In this document: positions 60,218 to 64,000 of the stretch, in pieces
Position numbering within the stretch: the stretch's first letter is position 1
How the letters are laid out: every line of letters starts with the position of its first letter
DNA from: an uncultured bacterium
GTDB taxonomy: Bacteria; Eisenbacteria; RBG-16-71-46
Direction: 5' to 3'
Assembly (NCBI GenBank): GCA_964542745.1
Contig: CAZIVR010000002.1
Span: 27,300-91,299 of the forward strand
Length of the DNA: 64,000 bases
Notes under the pieces: model-generated
The model's database searches: none
Seen by the model: only the letters and a program-made list of their open reading frames with translations
Told to the model about the DNA's origin: nothing
Position numbers and translations under genes: made by a program

Positions 60218-61504
60218 TCACGGGGCGCCCGGGCCGGCGCCGGCTCCCGGCGCGCGCGCGAGGTCGAGCGAATCGAAGACCACGGCGTCCCCGCCGATCG
60301 TGACGCGCGCGGCGGCGAGCGGGAGCGCGTCGCCGCCCGCGCCGCGGGCGGGGATCGCGAGGCGCAGGAAGTGGTAGTCGGAGCGGAAGGCGGCCGAGGC
60401 CGGATCCACGCGGGCTCCGCCGGGAAGGGGCCCGGCCCACGCGCGCTCGCGTGCGCCGCGGCTCACGACGTAGAGCGGCGACCCGCCGCCGCCGGTGGTG
60501 ACGTGCCAGAAGCCGCGCCCTCCGGGGCCCGCGACCCACAGGCGCTGGTAGAGGTGCTCGTGGCCCGCGAACACGGCGTGCACGCCCCGCTCGAGGCACA
60601 GGGCGAGCAGCCGCCGGCGGTTCTCCGCCGCCTCGCCCTCGCCCTCGCGGCTCCAGTCGGTCTCGTAGTGCCCGGCGCCCACCAGCGGGTGGTGCAGGAC
60701 GACGAAGCGGAAGCGCGCGGGGCGCGCCAGCACCGAATCGGCCCACGCCAGCTGGGCGAGGGACTCGGCGCGGCGCGCGCCTCCCTCGATCCGCGCGTGC
60801 GGATCGGCCAGCACGTTGGAGTCGAGGAACACCCAGGTCGCGCCCGTCGCCGGGTCCTCGAGGACGCCCCAGGCGCGCCCGGGCTGGAGCGCGGGCATCG
60901 CGACCGCCTCCCAGCCCGCGCGGCCGCGCGCGTCGTGGAGCCGCTCGTGGTTGCCGGGCGCGGCCACGTAGGGGGCGCGCTCGCGGAGCGCGCGGCTGCG
61001 GCGCGCGAAGTCCTCCCACAGGCGGCCGCGCCGCCCGTCGGTCACCACGTCGCCGGTCGAGACCACGAGATCGGCGCGCGGCTCGCGCTCGAGCGCGCGC
61101 AGCACGCGGCCCTCGCCGCCGCCCGTCGGCCGCCCGGTGAAGAGCGTGACGAGGTCGCGCGGGCCGTTGAGGGCCGGAACCGCCAGCTCCGCCACCGCGA
61201 GCGGCAGGGCGACGAGGCCGCGCAGCACGCTCACGGGGGGCTCGCGGAAGGCGCGCCGCAGCGCGTGGTACTCCCAGCGCTGGGACTCCATGCGGAAGCC
61301 CGGCCGGTTGTCCCCGTAGATCAGCACCACGCGGCCCTCCGCCGCGTCCCCGGCCAGCGCGCCGATCCGCAGCCGCTCCCCGTCGCGGCTCCCCGGGGCG
61401 AGCGCGTTCGACGCCGCGGTGCCGGGGACGCCCGGCGCCGGGGCGGGCCCCGCGTAGCGGGCCAGCGGCGCGCAGCCGCAGGCGAGCAGGGACGCCGCGA
61501 CCAT
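60218..61504 (-). CDS. Metallophosphoesterase (calcineurin-like) lipoprotein
   Basis: Lipobox LLACGC, plus GDNRP, GNHE and GHEH metal-binding motifs. 28 nt upstream of the NTT gene on the same strand. Confidence 0.7.
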   Translation of the reverse strand: MVAASLLACGCAPLARYAGPAPAPGVPGTAASNALAPGSRDGERLRIGALAGDAAEGRVVLIYGDNRPGFRMESQRWEYHALRRAFREPPVSVLRGLVALPLAVAELAVPALNGPRDLVTLFTGRPTGGGEGRVLRALEREPRADLVVSTGDVVTDGRRGRLWEDFARRSRALRERAPYVAAPGNHERLHDARGRAGWEAVAMPALQPGRAWGVLEDPATGATWVFLDSNVLADPHARIEGGARRAESLAQLAWADSVLARPARFRFVVLHHPLVGAGHYETDWSREGEGEAAENRRRLLALCLERGVHAVFAGHEHLYQRLWVAGPGGRGFWHVTTGGGGSPLYVVSRGARERAWAGPLPGGARVDPASAAFRSDYHFLRLAIPARGAGGDALPLAAARVTIGGDAVVFDSLDLARAPGAGAGPGAP

Positions 61505-61518
61505 CGCCGCGCGCGCCT

Positions 61519-62844
61519 TCAACGGGCCGCCGCCGCGCCCGCGCCGGGCCCGAGCCAGCGGGCCACGATCCGGTCGCGCCGGCGGATCAGCGTCTCCGCG
61601 AGGTAATCGGCCGCGCGGGGATCGCTGAGCCTGCCGCGCGCCACCGCGGCGCGGATGTGCGCGTCGGTGATGCCGGAGAGGATGCGGGCGCCCCAGCGCA
61701 CGTCGCGCTCGGTGCGCTCGTCGAACGCCGGGTTCGGGTAGTCGGGCCGCCAGCTCACCGGGTCGAAGGCCTCGGCCTCGATGAAGCCGATGCTCGGGAA
61801 GTGCGGATCCTCCACGCCCTCCCAGGCGAAGCGCCTGAGCCCGAGCGTCGCGAGCGACGCGCCGATCACGCCGAAGTCCACGAAGTACTCGCCGCCGGTC
61901 GGGTAGGAGCGCGCGGCGAGCGCGCCGGAGCCGAGGCAGGAGCCGAAATCGATGAGGTGGTGCCGCACGAACGACCGGCCGCCCGCGGTGATCCACACGT
62001 CGAGCGAGTTGGGCCCGCGCACGTCGGCGTGGTTGGTCCACGCCGCGATCGTCCACAGCCCGCGCAGTTCGCGGCGAAGCTCGTGGGGGATCAGGTCCTC
62101 GGGATCGTCGCGCCGCCGCCCGCGGTACTCGAACGGGCCGAGCGGCCGGCCCGCGAGGAGGCGGCTCGCCGCGGCCCGGATCGTGCCGTCGGGGCGGCGC
62201 GGCAGCTTCGCGAGCAGGCCGTCGAGGAACGCCTGCGACATGGGGCGCTTCGTGCCGCGCTCGTCCACCACCGTGGCGTCGGGGGCGATGCGCAGGTCCT
62301 CGGGGCGGAAGAACTCGACGGTGTTGTCGGGCACGTTGTAGCCGCACGCCCAGTAGAGCACGCACGAGATGGCGTCGGCCGAGGTGGCCATCTCCTGGAA
62401 GGCCGGCGGGTCGAACTTGATGATGAAGCGGTCGCCGTGGGCGTCGCGGATGAAGAAGCCGGGGGTGACGCCCTGGGTCTTGGCGCGCGTCACGGTCCAC
62501 GGTCCGGGCGCGGGGCCGGTGCCCGGACCGGGCCCGGCGAGCATCTGCTCGACCGTGACCTCGCGGAAGCCCGCGCGCGGCTGCCACCACGTGCTCGGCA
62601 GGCGCACCTGGTCCTGCTCGTCCACGTTGGCGGCCTCCTTCGGCCGCCGGGCGATCTTGCGCAGCACGTGCACGGGATCCAGCTGGCGCGCGATCGGCCG
62701 CACCAGGCTGTGCTCGAGGTTGTCGTAGTAGTAGGAGATCTCGGTCTCCCGCGGCGGCGCCGGTTCCGCCGCGCCCGCCGGGACGCCCGCGCCGGCCGCC
62801 AGCGCGACCAGCATCGCCGCCGCCCATCCCCGCGGCGCGCTCAC
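61519..62844 (-). CDS. Hypothetical secreted protein
   Basis: The GTG start overlaps the upstream stop (GTGA) and gives signal peptide ...SAPRGWAAAMLVALAAGAGVPAGAAEP. The alternative start is ATG 62814. No recognised motifs. Confidence 0.45.
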   Translation of the reverse strand: MSAPRGWAAAMLVALAAGAGVPAGAAEPAPPRETEISYYYDNLEHSLVRPIARQLDPVHVLRKIARRPKEAANVDEQDQVRLPSTWWQPRAGFREVTVEQMLAGPGPGTGPAPGPWTVTRAKTQGVTPGFFIRDAHGDRFIIKFDPPAFQEMATSADAISCVLYWACGYNVPDNTVEFFRPEDLRIAPDATVVDERGTKRPMSQAFLDGLLAKLPRRPDGTIRAAASRLLAGRPLGPFEYRGRRRDDPEDLIPHELRRELRGLWTIAAWTNHADVRGPNSLDVWITAGGRSFVRHHLIDFGSCLGSGALAARSYPTGGEYFVDFGVIGASLATLGLRRFAWEGVEDPHFPSIGFIEAEAFDPVSWRPDYPNPAFDERTERDVRWGARILSGITDAHIRAAVARGRLSDPRAADYLAETLIRRRDRIVARWLGPGAGAAAAR

Positions 62845-64000
62845 GGCTCGGCCCCGATCGAGAAGACGAAGCGCCAGTCCTCGGGCCCGGCGTCGAGGCC
62901 CACGCTCGCCACCACCGACTCGCGGGTGCGGCCGCGGAGCGCGAAGCCCGCCGAGTGGCGCAGGCGGTTCGCCCGCGCGTCGTGCTGCAGGTCCGGGAAC
63001 ACGCCGCCGGCGTCGGCGTGGACGTCCATCTCGAAGTGCTGGGCGAGCGGGAACACGTAGCTCGCGCGCAGGTTCATCGCGTCGAGATCGTGGAAGCGCT
63101 GCGGCTCGTAGCCCGCGAGGCCGTTGGAGCCCCCGAGGCGGGCGTAGTCGCTCGGCAGGAACCGCTCGCTCCCGGAGCACGGTTCGTTGTCGGTGGCCGC
63201 GAACGAGAGCCGGAGCGTGCGCGGGTCGCGCCAGAACGAGACGCCGGCCTCGGCCAGCAGCTGGTAGCGGGTGAACTGGGCCCCGGCGCGCGACGGGCTC
63301 TCCACCAGCGGCCGGTCGAAGCGCTCCGCCGCGAAGCTCGCGCGCCAGCCGCGCGACCAGTGCGGGCGGCCGGCGCGGTGGTCCACCGCGAGCCGGGCGC
63401 CGTAGGTGAGGTGCTCGACGTCGCGGTCGAGGGTCGGCGCCGCGAGCGCCGGGAACACGTCCGCCATCGCCGGCTCGTCCGAGCGGTGGCCGCGGGTGGT
63501 GCGGCTCCAGCGCGGGCCGGCCCACAACGCGCAGCTCTCGCGCGGTCCGCCCGGGCCGCCTTCCGCGCTCCGGAGGTCGAGGCGCGCCAGCACGCGATCC
63601 TGCCGGAGCCCGTAGCGGCTCTCGCCGGCGTCGCGGGCGTTCTCCCCGAGGCCGAAGAAGCGGTCGGAGGGGCGCCGGTCCACGCGGACCTCGAGGCCCG
63701 CCACGCCCGCCGCGAGCCGGGCGCGGACGCGCGTGTAACCCCGCGTGCTGGCGTCGAAGAAGGCCTCGAGCCGCGCGGGCCCGAGCGCGGGGGCGAGGCC
63801 CACGCTCGCGCCGGTGCCGGTGCGGTCCCCGAGCGACGCCGGTCCGACCAGCACCGGCAGGCGCAGGCCGCGGAAGAGGTACGTGATCTTCTGCACGTGG
63901 AATCCCTGCTCGGCGGCGAGCAGGGTGCGGCGCGTGCCCTGGCCGAGCGCCGCGAGCGGGAGCGAGGCGAGCCGGCCCGGGAAGCGGACCACCGCCTCCC
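62841..64000 (-). CDS. Putative outer-membrane beta-barrel protein, C-terminal part (N-terminus beyond window end)
   Basis: The ORF runs to the window edge. It shows alternating hydrophobic beta-strand-like periodicity and a Gly/aromatic-rich C-terminal region. Confidence 0.35.
   Translation of the reverse strand, partial: EAVVRFPGRLASLPLAALGQGTRRTLLAAEQGFHVQKITYLFRGLRLPVLVGPASLGDRTGTGASVGLAPALGPARLEAFFDASTRGYTRVRARLAAGVAGLEVRVDRRPSDRFFGLGENARDAGESRYGLRQDRVLARLDLRSAEGGPGGPRESCALWAGPRWSRTTRGHRSDEPAMADVFPALAAPTLDRDVEHLTYGARLAVDHRAGRPHWSRGWRASFAAERFDRPLVESPSRAGAQFTRYQLLAEAGVSFWRDPRTLRLSFAATDNEPCSGSERFLPSDYARLGGSNGLAGYEPQRFHDLDAMNLRASYVFPLAQHFEMDVHADAGGVFPDLQHDARANRLRHSAGFALRGRTRESVVASVGLDAGPEDWRFVFSIGAEP

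Overview
The window is a ~72% GC bacterial chromosomal segment that is gene-dense on both strands. The taxon guess is a Gemmatimonadota-like FCB-group organism; this is low confidence and rests on GS type III, T9SS-like C-terminal domains and the high GC content. I call 42 protein-coding genes, and I see no rRNA, tRNA, CRISPR array or obvious mobile element. Three loci stand out. (1) A co-linear nitrogen-assimilation supercluster on the + strand (3654-15779): type III glutamine synthetase (glnN), then a ~2198-aa glutamate-synthase-like giant protein whose domain order is rearranged (FMN domain, then an internal class-II amidotransferase-like domain, then a GXGXG domain, plus ~700 aa of unassigned N-terminal sequence), then an aminotransferase, then nrfH-nrfA cytochrome c nitrite reductase (DNRA). 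It is flanked by a convergent OmpR-type two-component system. (2) A ~16 kb accessory cluster (38278-54374) that interleaves glycogen genes (glgB, glgA) with three paralogous ~405-aa ATP-grasp ligases, a divergent RimK/GshB-like ATP-grasp protein with a Lys/Ala/Pro-rich tail, an S51 (peptidase E/cyanophycinase-like) peptidase with a long helical insertion, two PF00756-type esterases, a GCS2 carboxylate-amine ligase fused to tandem CBS domains, and an AstE/AspA-family deacylase. Many of these are chained by GTGA start/stop overlaps. I read it as a candidate undescribed amide-bond polymer or alpha-glucan modification system. (3) An operon TPR-CHAT protein -> ECF sigma factor -> anti-sigma factor, joined by two ATGA overlaps. 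Also present: rhomboid protease, an FAD oxidase fused to ferredoxin domains, Tat-exported TldD plus a PmbA-like partner, a secreted lamin-tail/endonuclease-I nuclease with a sorting-type C-terminal domain, ABC-F ATPase, SWIM-SNF2 helicase, P450, Trx-MsrA fusion, CPBP protease, an MSOX-family oxidase that appears to start on CTG, an NTT-family nucleotide transporter, and a metallophosphoesterase lipoprotein. Two unrelated small secreted Cys-rich proteins share a C-terminal SWGx[IL]KxLYR tag. Many long ORFs in the six-frame track are GC-driven antisense or alternative-frame artefacts and were not called.
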